Below, in pieces: positions 52,301-63,597 of a stretch of DNA of 64,000 bases. Position 1 is the first letter of the stretch. Each line of letters begins with the position of its first letter. The translations under genes were made by a program, and so were the position numbers. Under the pieces are notes generated by a model. It did not search any database, was not told where the DNA came from, and saw only the letters and a list, made by a program, of their open reading frames with translations. This DNA comes from Escherichia phage CMSTMSU: sequence record MH494197.1; one strand, 5' to 3'.

Positions 52301-55050
52301 ATTACTGGTGATCTGACCGTATCTGGAACTGTTACCCCGGTGCAATTGACCTAAGTACTACCGATATTAGTTCTAAATCCTAAGTACTACTGAAGGTGCT
52401 ACAATTGGTGGTGACCTAGTTGTTAATGGTTCAATTGATTTAAGTTCTTCCAATGTTTCAGCAATTACCCTTGCTAGTTCTGGTAATACTACCGTTGGTG
52501 GTAACCTAGTACTAACAACTGGTGTTGTGACTGGCAGCCCATCTGTATCTGGTAACCTTTCAGTTGCAGGTACTGCGGCAGTAACTGGTGCAACTACCTA
52601 ACTGATATCGTAAATATCGGTAAGAAAGTAACTGTAAGCACTGGTGGTATTCAAGTAGTTGCAGGTGGTATTAATACCGACGCTATATTAGTATCCGGTG
52701 ATACAACTTTAAACAACACTACTGTAAACACTACCTTAAATGTAACTGGTCAAAGTACAGTTGCTGCACTAAGTGCTGCATCTTTGAATGTATCTGGTGA
52801 TAGTACTGTTCAAAACTAACAGTTGAAGGTGAATTGGTTCCACAAGGTGGTATCGACCTAACTGGTGCAGATATTTCTGCTAATAGTCTTGCAACTGCTT
52901 CAACAATCACTGCAACTGGACTAAGCACACTAAGTGGTGGTGTAAGTACTACTAATGTTACTGCATCTGGTACAGTGAATGCTGGTAGTTTGGATGTTAC
53001 TAACAACGCAACCGTTGGTGGTAATTTGGGTGTAACTGGTTCATTAACTTCTGGACCATTGAGTGTAACAGGCATTGCGAATATTACTGGTGTAACAACT
53101 GTTGGTTCATTGGTTTCCGGTGCTGTATCTGGTAGTACTGGTACATTTAGTTCAACATTAGGTGTAACTGGTGCAGCTACATTTGACAATGACGTAACTG
53201 TTGAAGGTGTATTCACCCCAGCAGGTGGTTTAGACCTAACAACTTCTGATATTACAGCTAAGAGTTTGTCAGTATCTGAAACTATTCACTCTGATGGTGC
53301 AGCTTCCTTTGGTGGTAACACAACAGTAGGTGGTACATTGGGTGTAACTGGTGCAGTAACTGCTCCATCGGCAACCCTAAGCGGTACTGGTACTGCACTA
53401 GCAGTAACTAATAATGCAACTATTGGTGGTACATTGGGTGTAACTGGTCAAGCAACACTTGGTTCTATAGTAACTTCTGGTGTATCTGCAACAAGTGGCT
53501 CTTTCAGTACTACTCTTGGCGTTACTGGTGCTGCGACATTTGGAAACGATGTAACTGTAGTTGGAACACTAACTCCGGTAGCTTAGATCTAACTGGTGCA
53601 GATATCTCTGCTAAAACACTAACTCTATCTGAAACATTAAATGCGACAGGTAATACTACCCTTGGTGGAACATTAGGTGTAACTGGTTTAGCAACAATTG
53701 GTGGAACACTAACGTCTGGTGCAGTAACTGCTCCATCTGCAACCTTGAATGGTTCAGGAACTGGTCTAGCAGTAACTAACAACGCAACCGTTGGTGGTAC
53801 ATTAGGTGTAGTTGGTCAAACAACACTAGGTTCTGTTAAAACTGGTGCAACTCTAACAGTTGGTACACCATTAGGTGAGCAGCCTGAAACTGTACAGATT
53901 ATGCCAGACACTTATATTGCTGGTAAACTACGTGTTGAGGGTGGTATTAACGCAGATATCGATGTTGGTGGACAAACACTAGAACCGTTTGCAGTAATAG
54001 CATCTGATTCTTTATCTTCTGCTGGTAATATTACTGCTGGTGCGGCAATTATTTCAAGTTCTGCAACAATTGGTGAAGTCGGTTCACAAAACAACAACCT
54101 AATCGTTAATGGTAACGTTGTAAACAACGGTAACTTCACTGTTACTGGTGTACTAAATGCACAATTGAACCAAGCAGATTCCGATGTAGCTGTTAAGTCT
54201 TTGACTGCAACTAACAACGTAGCTGCTGGAACCACATTAAGTGCAGGTACTGCAATTACTGCTGGTACTTCCATCACTGCAACTGGATTACTTAAAGGTA
54301 ATACTTTATTACTACTACTGGTTCATTTGGTGGTGCAGTAACTATGTCAAGTGGTGCAAACATCACTGGTACAGTGGGTATTACTGCTGGTAACCTAACA
54401 GTGGGTGGTGATATCTCTGCAACTGGCACTGCTGGATTCGGTGCAACAACCGTTTCTACAATTACAACATCAGGTTTGGCTACACTTGCAAGTACATCCG
54501 TTACTGGTAACGCAACAGTAGGTGGAACACTAGCAGTAACAGGAGCACTAACTGCGAATGGTAACGTAACATTAGGTGACGCAGCGGCTGACGTTCTAAC
54601 CGTTAATGCAACTTCATCATTTAAAGAAAATGCTGTGTTTGATAAGGCAGTAACAGTAACTGGTGAACTAACCACTACTAATGCTAACTTAACTACTACA
54701 ACAGTAACTACCAAAAGTATGATGTAATCCCAACTCAAGTTACATCATCAGTAATTGCTCCAACCGGAACATGGACTCCAGATGGTACAAGTAACGTGTA
54801 CTTCATCACTCTAGACCAAGATACCACGTTGGCTCCAATTACTGGCCTAATTGGTGGCGGTAAAGCTGCATCAGTATACATCTATGTTAAACAAGATACA
54901 ACTGGTAACAGAAACTTTACAACTGATGGTACTTATGCTGTTGTTGATGGTGAACTAAACAAAACTGCTGGTAGCGTGACCATTTACCAAGTAATTTATG
55001 ATGGTGTAAGTCCAGTTACTGATTTGTTCATTGCACAACGTACTGCTTAA
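49348..55050 (+). CDS. Giant repetitive fiber protein B (about 1900 codons), paralog of fiber A, frame-broken
   Basis: ORFs 49306..49983, 49907..51424, 51836..52354, 52834..53586, 53745..54341, 54344..54727, 54796..55050 chain; AGGAGGGA SD; starts MYSIKTDLD; ends ...VIYDGVSPVTDLFIAQRTA. Confidence 0.6.
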
Positions 55051-55066
55051 TAATTATAATAAAAAA

Positions 55067-55090
55067 CGGTGTCATCAATTATGGTGACAC
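55067..55090. terminator. Stem-loop after fiber B (orientation ambiguous)
   Basis: GGTGTCA-N10-TGACACC perfect 7-bp stem; A-run upstream, no T-run downstream. Confidence 0.35.
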
Positions 55091-55114
55091 CATCTTAACA
55101 AGTGAGGTAGTTAT

Positions 55115-55891
55115 ATGTTTACATATGTAAAAGGTAGTTCTAAAGAAAATTATGAATTGGGTAACATCATCTCCAACCCAGTTGGTGTTAAGGGTTTAAA
55201 AGAACGCCGGGCAACTCCAGATGATGAACAAACATATCGTTATTTGTACAGTGATATTCGTGCACTTTATGGTATTTCAAGTAAAGATGGTTCTGAAATT
55301 GAACCTAATAACGCTGTTCGCAAAGAAGAGGGTTTCTGGTGGTTGGAATATAAGAATGTTGGTAATGTGAACGCAATTAATGAGAATTTGGAATATATTA
55401 AACTACAAGATAGTAATCAACCAGTCATCACATTCTTAGAAGAAGCAGAAGGTGAATATAAAGAGTTAACAGTACTGAAAACTTATAATTATGTTGATAT
55501 GGACATTGCAGCAGTTAAATCTGATCTGAAAGCACGCACAGTATCATCTCGTAGTGATCGTATTAATGCTGGTTATATGTTTAACGGTCATCGTTATAGT
55601 ACTGATCTAGCTGGTCGTCAAATGCTTCTTAATTATTATACACAAGTAACTTCCGGTTCAGATAGCGTTTCGATTTTCCTTGATGACGCAATTGTAAAAC
55701 TATCTGCTGCTGAAATGACTCAACTATACACTGAAGCATTTGCTATGGTTGAATCCCTATTTGCAGAGTGTAATAAGCAATGTGCTGACATTGATGCAGT
55801 TCCTGATGCTGATGAAGATGCAATTTATAAAGCACAACAGGCGGCTGTATGGGTATATGAAGGTATTGATATTCCTGAGCGTACTCGTTAA
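55115..55891 (+). CDS. Hypothetical protein, 258 aa, intact; possible fiber assembly/accessory protein by position
   Basis: Uninterrupted ORF between fiber genes; functional call is positional only. Confidence 0.5.
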   Translation: MFTYVKGSSKENYELGNIISNPVGVKGLKERRATPDDEQTYRYLYSDIRALYGISSKDGSEIEPNNAVRKEEGFWWLEYKNVGNVNAINENLEYIKLQDSNQPVITFLEEAEGEYKELTVLKTYNYVDMDIAAVKSDLKARTVSSRSDRINAGYMFNGHRYSTDLAGRQMLLNYYTQVTSGSDSVSIFLDDAIVKLSAAEMTQLYTEAFAMVESLFAECNKQCADIDAVPDADEDAIYKAQQAAVWVYEGIDIPERTR

Positions 55892-55904
55892 TTTATATTT
55901 TTTT

Positions 55905-55935
55905 AAAGGTCAACTATGGTTGGCCTTTTCTTTTA
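55905..55935 (+). terminator. Rho-independent terminator
   Basis: AAAGGTCAAC-TATG-GTTGGCCTTT then TTCTTTT. Confidence 0.5.
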
Positions 55936-55982
55936 TCTAAAATAAATACTTAATATATAATCTATTCTGAGGAAATATTTAA

Positions 55983-57943
55983 ATGAGTATAAATCGAATT
56001 AGAGGTGATGGTGGTGTAATTATAGATAGTCAGGCATTTCTAGAATTACCTAAAGCACCGACTAAAGAAACCGCTGATGTGGTTAGATCAGGGATGATTA
56101 GATACAATAAAGGATGGAAAGCATTTGAAGGTGTACTAGACTTTGAAGATGGTTCAATGGCATATCGACGTTTTGCAAACCTAGATGCAAACGGTAAACT
56201 TCTTACTTCCCAATTACCAGATTCAGTAACTAGTGGTTTACAATTTGTTGGTACATATAATCCCATCCCAGATGATATCGATCCACCTTTAGCACAAACT
56301 CCACTACCAGCACCATCACCATCGCTTAATGGTGATTATTATGTCGTTCGTGGTATAATGGATGCCGCACAAGCACATTATGAAGCAAATAATCCACAAA
56401 CAAGTCCTGTTACATTTACACCTACAAATCCAACTGGACAAGGTAATTGGATTGAAATTTTATATTATGTTGACTCTAATCCAAATATATCTGGTGCTAA
56501 ACTAGTAACATACGCTTTTGCTAGAATTATTACTGCATCTATTCCCAGTACTGGACATGATGGCCTTGAAAATTTAGCAACAGATACTGACTTGACCAAA
56601 CCATTTGCATCTGGTGTTCCAATGAACCAAACTGCACTTTCAGATGGCGATTGGATTATTATAACTGAAGATAAGAATATACGTCTTCGTCAGTCAAGAA
56701 CAAGCATTTCCGCTGCTTCAGTATTATATGACAATACTGTAATGATTGCAAATCATCGTCAATTTAGAACAAACGCAGGGACCGTTCAAACATCCATAGA
56801 TAACGTTGTGATTGAGTGTTTACGTAGAACTGGCGATTCCATGTATAATGATGGAACAGACGGCTCTGGGCGTTTTGGGGTGGTGTATGGCAGTGCAGCA
56901 GCACCAGCATTGACATTTAATAATAATCCGTTTGACCCAACGAACAACCCGTAATGACCCAACTAAGTGGTCCGATGCTAATACTGGTATATTCCATCCA
57001 GCAGATGATGCAATTGGTTTTACAACAGCCGGAACTGAGCGTGTTCGAATTAATAATGGAACACTAACATTATTCCAAACTACCGCTACACCAGCAGCTA
57101 CGCCAGTAATACGTTTTGATAATGCATCAAACACAAACGTAGGGATAAGTGCAAGTAGTAATATTATTTCTTTAAGTTCAATGAATAAAATTCAAGTTGA
57201 ATTTAAAAATGGTGAATCACATTTTCATGGAAATATTATTGTAGATGGATCAACATCACTAACAGGTGATTTAAACGCAGGTAACATCACTGCCAGCGGA
57301 ATTTAGTTGTTAAAGGTAATACAACACTAGGCGACACTACTGGCGACACTATTACAGTTAATGGTGTTAGTACTTATAATGCAAATACTAATTTCAATGG
57401 AACTAATAACAAATTCAAAACATAAACTTACTAGAGAATGGTGTATTCACATTAGAAAGTACTACAAACCAAAGTGATATAAAACTACTTGGTGCAGACT
57501 TACGTTTCACTATGGGAAGTTATGCTGATGTAAGTATATATGATAACGGTGTTATTCGTACTCGTTTCAACCGATATGGTATTCAATTACCAGTACTGGC
57601 TACAATTGATAACTCAGTTGGTGTTGATGGTATGATTGCATACTCAAATACCGAACGTACATCGATGCAGAAGGTCCAAGGACAATGGGTTCCAATTGGT
57701 TCTGGTTCTGTACGTACTGACCCGTTTACTGCGTCAGCGTGGGTTTTAAACGGCTCATATTACACATTAACAGTAACTGCTAGTAACATAGTAACTGCTG
57801 AAATTCAAGAACTCGTAAGTACTGGTGTTTACACTCGTGTTGAAGTTGATAGTGTCACATTCAATGGAACAAGCGTAGTGTTCAGTATTCCTGCAACTCC
57901 TGATGTGAGATTTGCCGGACGTACACTGGTTACATTAAGATAA
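55983..57943 (+). CDS. Fiber-like protein (about 650 codons), frame-broken
   Basis: ORFs 55983..56954, 56932..57306, 57512..57943 chain; Gly/Thr/Asn-rich; ends at bidirectional terminator. Confidence 0.5.
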
Positions 57944-57944
57944 T

Positions 57945-57971
57945 AAAAAGGAGACTTATGTCTCCTTTTCT
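57945..57971. terminator. Bidirectional rho-independent terminator
   Basis: AAAAAGGAGAC-TTAT-GTCTCCTTTTC between convergent genes. Confidence 0.65.
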
Positions 57972-58899
57972 TTATACAGCCATTGGTGCTTTGATCGTTG
58001 GCATTGGATCGTAATTAACTAATTTGAAAGAATCCATAGTGAAATCTTCAATATCAGTAATAGTAGGATCTAACCATAATTCTGGTAATGTACGTGGTTC
58101 ACGTTGGAGTTGCTCTTTTACTTGTTCAATATGGTTTTGATAGATATGGCAGTCGCCACCATTCCAAATAAATTCACCAACATCTAACCCTGTAATTTGT
58201 GCAATCATATGAGTTAGTAGTGAGTAACTACTAATATTAAATGGCACACCAAGGAATAGATCAGCACTACGTTGATGAAGAATACAACTTAGTTTACCCT
58301 GTACAACACAAAACTGCACAAAGCTATGACAGGGTGGCAAAGTCATAGCATCAAGCTCACCAACGTTCCATGCACTTAGAATGTGACGACGACCATATGG
58401 ATCAGTATTGATACCTTCAATAACTTGTTTTAGCTGGTCAGTTACGACGCATAATAACACCATGTGAACCAGTATAATCAATAACTTTATACCCTTTATC
58501 TTTTAGTTCTTGAATTTCTTCAGTACTGGAACTGAATTTATAATCTTCCCATTCACGCCATTGTTTACCATAAACTGGGCCAAGCTCACCATCAGAATAC
58601 CCAAGGCTTACACCTTGATTAAGGTAGTTGTCTGTCCAAATTGTTTTCTTTTCTACATCACGTGTCCCGTGTAAAATTTCACACAGACGACGCTCATCGT
58701 GAGAACCTTCAATAAACCATAACAATTCTGAAGTCATTGCTTTCCAAGCTAAACGTTTAGTAGTTACTGCTGGGAAACCTTCTTTTAGGTCAAAACGCAT
58801 TTGTTGTCCGATTAGCTTGATAGTGCCAACACCAGTACGATCAACGCTTTCGACACCTTGATCCAGAATTCTTTGATATAGTTCTTGTAGTTGTTTCAT
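57972..58899 (-). CDS. td: Thymidylate synthase (ThyA/td), one frame break, no intron evident
   Basis: N-terminal half in ORF 58438..58962 ([31 protein letters not shown]), C-terminal half in 57972..58481 with active-site LPPCH; halves overlap at 58438..58481. Confidence 0.9.
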
Positions 58900-58900
58900 T

Positions 58901-59390
58901 TTACGTCCTTGAAAAATGTAATAAAGTGTTCCATGTGTTTTGTGTAGCATTACGTGAACCAATCCCAGTCCAGTTACCGTGTGGTGCTGGTATTGAGAAT
59001 GTTTCAGTAAACTCTTTCAGTACTGTATCATAATAAAATACAGAGCGAGTGTTCATATCATAACAATATATTTCTGGATTGTCAACTGAATCCATATACA
59101 TCTGTACGGCCCATGCAGTTCCACCTGAAACTTGCGTAGGTGATGTAATATTTGCAATACAATATACTCTTTTGTATTAAGTATCTGGTAACTATTCCTT
59201 GCAAGTAAGTTATATACATACGAACCGCTTAGGAACTTTACGGCGTAAAGAGTAACATGCAATGTTTAATTGTTTTAATATTGAACTATCACAAAGGATA
59301 TTGGGTGGAATTTCTAATATAGTATTTTCATCTACGCTGCTTTGGTGACCCTTGAATGAAAAATTTATTACTTCAAATCCATTGTCTTTT
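58901..59390 (-). CDS. Disrupted/uncertain coding region upstream of td (hypothetical)
   Basis: Only short ORF fragments (58901..59101, 59053..59262) in different frames; no recognisable motif. Confidence 0.25.
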
Positions 59391-59403
59391 GCATAGATAG
59401 AAA

Positions 59404-59432
59404 AAGGCGGTCAGCACCTGCTGCCCGCCACT
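59404..59432 (-). terminator. GC-rich rho-independent terminator, minus strand
   Basis: Minus-strand GGCGGGCAGC-AGGT-GCTGACCGCC followed by TTTTTCTATC. Confidence 0.5.
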
Positions 59433-59492
59433 GAAACATACATTAGATAAACCATTGATTGCTTCATCTAATTCTATTTTATTCATTTATAT

Positions 59493-60143
59493 TATTTTGC
59501 TTTACGTTCTGCAAATGCCTGTTTAACTTTCTCAATTGCTTTGGTTTGTGAAATTCCTTCTGGGATTTCAATATAGAAAGTTTTGCTATCAGGTGCTACA
59601 GGTGTTGCTTGAACTTGTGGACGTAGAGATGGTTCTAAGTTGTAAGCACGTTCAAAGTGCTCTTTAGCCAACTGCTCATAACGTTGTGCATCTTTAAGTA
59701 GTTGCTCAACAATGGTAGCTTCTTCAACAGAAGTATCAACTTCTTGTGGCTTGAATGGGTTGTATTCTTTAACTTTACCATCTTCATGTTTTTAGCATCA
59801 TTATCATTGATTGCGTTGTTTAGAACATCAAGAGAAATCTTACTGTTTCCACCAACATGCATATCAATATCACAAGTACGTGCACGACGCAAATGTTGTA
59901 GATTATGAAGAACATCTAGCATTTTGCGACCGTCTAGATGACCAATCTTATGCATAACTTCCCACAAATCTACATTCGATTGACCTTGATTCATTACTAA
60001 ATCTGCAACAGATTGAGCATATGCTTCAGGAAGTGAGTCGCGATAAACAATGAGACAATGTTCTGGATCATCAGGAGTGAACGCCATACCACAAATACTC
60101 GTGAACCCGTATTACGTACTACACCAACGTGACGAATAGCCAT
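59493..60143 (-). CDS. Hypothetical protein (about 215 codons), frame-broken
   Basis: MAIRHVGVVRNTGSRVFVV... joins ORF 59635..60087 and C-terminal frame ending KQAFAERKAK; AAGGAGA SD. Confidence 0.5.
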
Positions 60144-60146
60144 TAT

Positions 60147-60389
60147 TATTCTCCTTTATTTTGTTCAGCAGCAGCTTGTGCAGCATCAGCTTCTTCTTGT
60201 GCTTTGATATCTTCGAGTGCAGAGTTAGCAAACTCAACAAACTTAGATACGACTGGAGCAACATCAACAAGTTCTTCGACTTTAAATGAATTACGAGCCA
60301 CAGCAGCTTCCATGATTTTAGCAGCGTTGATTAGGTCGATTAGTGTTAGTTGAATTTTTCTGGTTCTTGTTCCATTTTAATACTCTCCA
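60147..60389 (-). CDS. Small acidic hypothetical protein
   Basis: MESIKMEQEPEKF...LIDLINAAKIMEAAVARNSFKVEEL...AEQNKGE with one homopolymer frame break; stop overlaps SD of downstream gene. Confidence 0.4.
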
Positions 60390-60475
60390 TGTATGTTGTT
60401 ACAAATATAATTATATCACCTTTTTCCAAGCTGTCCCGCTGAAAAAGTAGAAACGGAATTTTCCGTTCTCATTAT

Positions 60476-61889
60476 TTAGTACTTAGCTACGTTGACGCTT
60501 TTGTCAGCTTCATATTCGTAGTGTACAGTTTCGCCAAATGGTGCTTGTTTGTTAGGATTGCTGTGGATAACAAACAGTGTCTTACAGTAATCAGGATCAC
60601 CCCATGACTGCCACGGCTCACCATCGGTAAACATAATAAGCTGTTTAGGCTTATAGTTGTCATGCTTCATATGAACCCATACTGCTTCAAAGTCAGTACC
60701 ACCACCACCTTTCACTGGATATTCGAGAATCTTACTCTCTTCACCAGTTTTGTAATCTTTCACAGTATAAACTTCAGTATCGAACGTCATGATACGGATT
60801 TTAAATTGTTTAAACTGCTTAGTGATACCCAGTACTTCACTGATGAAATCACGGAGCATATCTTCAGAGATAGAACCGGATGCATCTAGTGCAATTGCAA
60901 TATCAATATCATCATCTGGTTTCATACCGGGAAGATTGGATTCCCGTAGAATGAACCAGAACTACCAAAACCAGCACCCCATGAACGACGATTAGGATTT
61001 TGATAAGTTGCATCAGACTTCAACCAGCTACGCAGTGTGCGGTGAAGTTTAGAACGCCAGTCAATCTTAGGTTCTTTGAAGTTGTTAATCATACGTGCGA
61101 TTTCAGCAGGAGTACCACCTGCACGAGCAGCATTCATCATTGCTGTTTTGAAATCATCCATATAATCACGTTTTTGTTTCTCACTTGAACCACCCTCTTG
61201 ACCTTCTTGTGGAACGTCATGCTGGTCGATTGTTGTACCTTTGCCTTTACCATCTTTGATATCACCAAAAGTACCGCGTGATTTACCTTCACCCTCACCA
61301 CTACCAGCCTGTGGATTTCCTTCACCTTCTCCGTCTTGATCCTGCTTATCTTCTTCTTCGAGAATATTATAAATCTCTTCAGCAGTCATACCATCGTACT
61401 TTTTATCGTACAGCCATTGGCTTTGGATTTTACCAATTTTATCACGAACAAGAATCTGGTTAATTGCATAGTCAGCAGCACGGTTATAACGCTGCGGGTC
61501 ACGCATACCACGACGCAAGAAGTGGTCATATGCACAGTGAAGAATTTCATGACAAATAACTGCAATCAGGTTTTCATCAGTCAAACCTTCTGTCATTTCT
61601 TTAAGTTGTTCTTCAGTTACTTCAGGATGTTTCTCACGAATTGCTTCTTCGTATGCTGACTTTTGGATTGGTCCTGAATACCCATGATGAATTCTACGTT
61701 GTAGAATAAATGCTTACCATCTACAGCCAAAGTACGACACCATGTGTTGTTTGCAACTGGACGCAGACGAGAAGCCAGTACACCAAAGAATGGGAATGTT
61801 AGCATTAAAGATGTGCGAGCTAAGATCAGACGATCTTGACATTCTTTCTGGAGAGCCGGAGTAACATCACTGAAACGTTTATCTGACAT
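60476..61889 (-). CDS. Two-domain protein: N-terminal HExxH metallopeptidase-like domain plus C-terminal VWA-like domain with MIDAS DxSGS; frame-broken
   Basis: ICHEILHCAYDH in ORF 60922..61596; ALDASGSI and Gly-rich GGGGTD in ORF 60476..60925; N-terminal piece 61617..61889. Confidence 0.6.
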
Positions 61890-61962
61890 TTGTATTTCCT
61901 CGTTTAGTTAAGATAAAGAAGGATACCATGTGGTATCCTCCTTGTCAACACTCTTTTAATTA

Positions 61963-63288
61963 TTAACCAAGAGAGCGTGCTTTACGTACTAGGTCAGAGT
62001 ACTTCATAACGAAGTCTTTAAACGCTGGTACATCTTTAATCGTAATCGCTACTTTATGAAGCGTGATGGTACGAATCGCCAGTACTGCCAGTTCTGCTTG
62101 AGTTGCAGAGAAGTTATGGTCTAGGAAGGTGATGAAGTTGTTGCACAGCTTACCCCAATCTTCCACTGGTAGACGTTGTTCTTGCTTCTCATTGTAGAGG
62201 TCGATAATTTTGTAAACCAGATTCAGAGTGATGAAGTAGTTCGCGGAAATATCGAGCGAAGCATCAATCTCTTTAATCTCACCCTGTAGGATGGACATGG
62301 TATCTGGTAGTTTAGCTACGTTATCAACATACTCGATGTATTCAGTTGCTACGCCTTCACCAACACGACCTGCAATCATCGCACGGAACACTTCTTTATC
62401 AATGTTCTTAACTTTCTTCAGATCTTCGTAGCGTGCTACTGCTTCCCATGAACGTGGAGAAGTACCACCACAGTGAGAAGGATCTTGTGGGCTAAGGGTG
62501 TTGAAGTGTTTAGCACCAGTGTTGTTGATGAACGCTACAGTTGCTGGGTTCAAACGCTTGCCAATCGCATAATCGTTAATCCAATCTTGATGATAAGGAA
62601 TCATTTCGATGTGGGTCATACGGTCACGCAGTGGTGTAGCTAGAGAGAACGTTACACCGCCATCAGTTTCACGGTTACCTGCTGCGAGAATCAGTGCAGT
62701 CTTAGGTAGCTTCATCTCACCAACACAACGGTCGAGGATTAGCTGATAAGACGCTGCCTGTACAATCGGCATTGCAGAGTTGATTTCGTCAAACAGAATA
62801 ACACCTTTCCAATCTGGAGACAGTTTCAGTACTTTAGGTGCTGCCCACACAACTGCTGTTTCAGCGATGTAATCTTGTGCACTAGCCAGTTCAGATTCAA
62901 TCAGTTGCTTACCATCCATATCAAGGAACACTTTCTCTGGAACTGGGATACCACGAAGGTCACTTGGTTCAATCTGAGACAAACGGAAATCGATAAAGTT
63001 AGTGTCTTGGTCGATTAGTTTGGCTTCAAACGCTGCCAGTTCACGGCGAAGTTGATCAGCATTTTCAGTATCAGCTTCGATTTGTTGTTTCATGAACTCA
63101 ATTTTGCCACGTTATCTTTACGCAGTGGGTAGTTCTCATCAGCGTATTGACGTGCGATAGCAGATTTACCGATACGGGCTACCCCAAATCATCAGGCTAT
63201 CTTGAATCATGTCAGCCAGTGCCATTGCTTCTTTAGCTTTCTTAGGAGTCAGTTTTACGTTCAGGATATCGTTGTTTTGAGTAGACAT
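61963..63288 (-). CDS. AAA+ ATPase of MoxR/CobS type, partner of the VWA protein; frame-broken near N-terminus
   Basis: Walker B ILFDEIN, sensor region LILAAGNRETDGG in ORF 61963..63093; Walker A-like IGKSAIARQYA in upstream frame; AAAGGAAA SD before ATG 63288. Confidence 0.7.
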
Positions 63289-63455
63289 GTATATTTTCCT
63301 TTTGTTGGATAAAATCGTTTAGGTTTCTATTATAGCCAATCCGTGGGCAAAGTAAAGGAACTGTGTTAAAAGAATTTTAACTTATCAGTTCCTTTGTTAC
63401 TTCATGAATCATCCGTGTATTTAAAAGGCATTTCTCTTTGCCGTCTTGATGTGTC

Positions 63456-63483
63456 ATTATATCACATCGTTCAGGCTTGTCAA
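63456..63483 (-). promoter_or_regulatory. Strong sigma70-type promoter (TTGACA-16 nt-TATAAT, TGn extended -10), minus strand
   Basis: Minus-strand TTGACAAGCCTGAACGATGTGATATAAT. Confidence 0.6.
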
Positions 63484-63546
63484 CAACTTTTTTATTTCTT
63501 TTCAATCTCACATCTTGTGATTTTGAAAACTTGCTTCGTGGTGGTC

Positions 63547-63574
63547 ATTATAACACATCATTCGGCGTTGTCAA
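63547..63574 (-). promoter_or_regulatory. Second tandem sigma70-type promoter (TTGACA-16 nt-TATAAT), minus strand
   Basis: Minus-strand TTGACAACGCCGAATGATGTGTTATAAT; about 90 bp direct repeat of 63456..63483 unit. Confidence 0.6.
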
Positions 63575-63597
63575 CATCTTTTTCTTTATTTTCGAAG

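Noticed and set aside
44490-54738. Many long minus-strand ORFs inside the giant fiber genes (e.g. 44490..44972, 45996..46556, 46595..47038, 48160..48996, 49332..49829, 51013..51420, 51742..52269, 52731..53216, 54292..54738)
   Set aside because: They are antisense to strongly supported fiber coding sequence and encode Pro/Val/Ala-rich low-complexity strings, as expected from reverse-complemented Thr/Gly/Ala codons; no SD or promoters.
44272-55050. CRISPR array suggested by periodic repeats
   Set aside because: Repeats are in-frame coding repeats of variable length within fiber genes, not short identical direct repeats with unique spacers; no cas genes.
55067-55090. Minus-strand terminator reading of the hairpin after fiber B
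   Set aside because: The U-run fits minus-strand orientation, but no minus-strand gene is transcribed toward it; retained only as an orientation-ambiguous stem-loop.
57972-58899. Group I intron / homing endonuclease inside thymidylate synthase (as in T4 td)
   Set aside because: The two ThyA halves overlap directly at 58438..58481 in adjacent frames, consistent with a single-base indel and not an inserted intron.
60129-61659. Plus-strand ORFs 60129..60353, 60662..60889, 60789..60995, 61000..61188, 61278..61463, 61336..61659
   Set aside because: All are antisense to minus-strand genes with clear motifs (VWA/HExxH protein and small acidic protein); no SD sequences.
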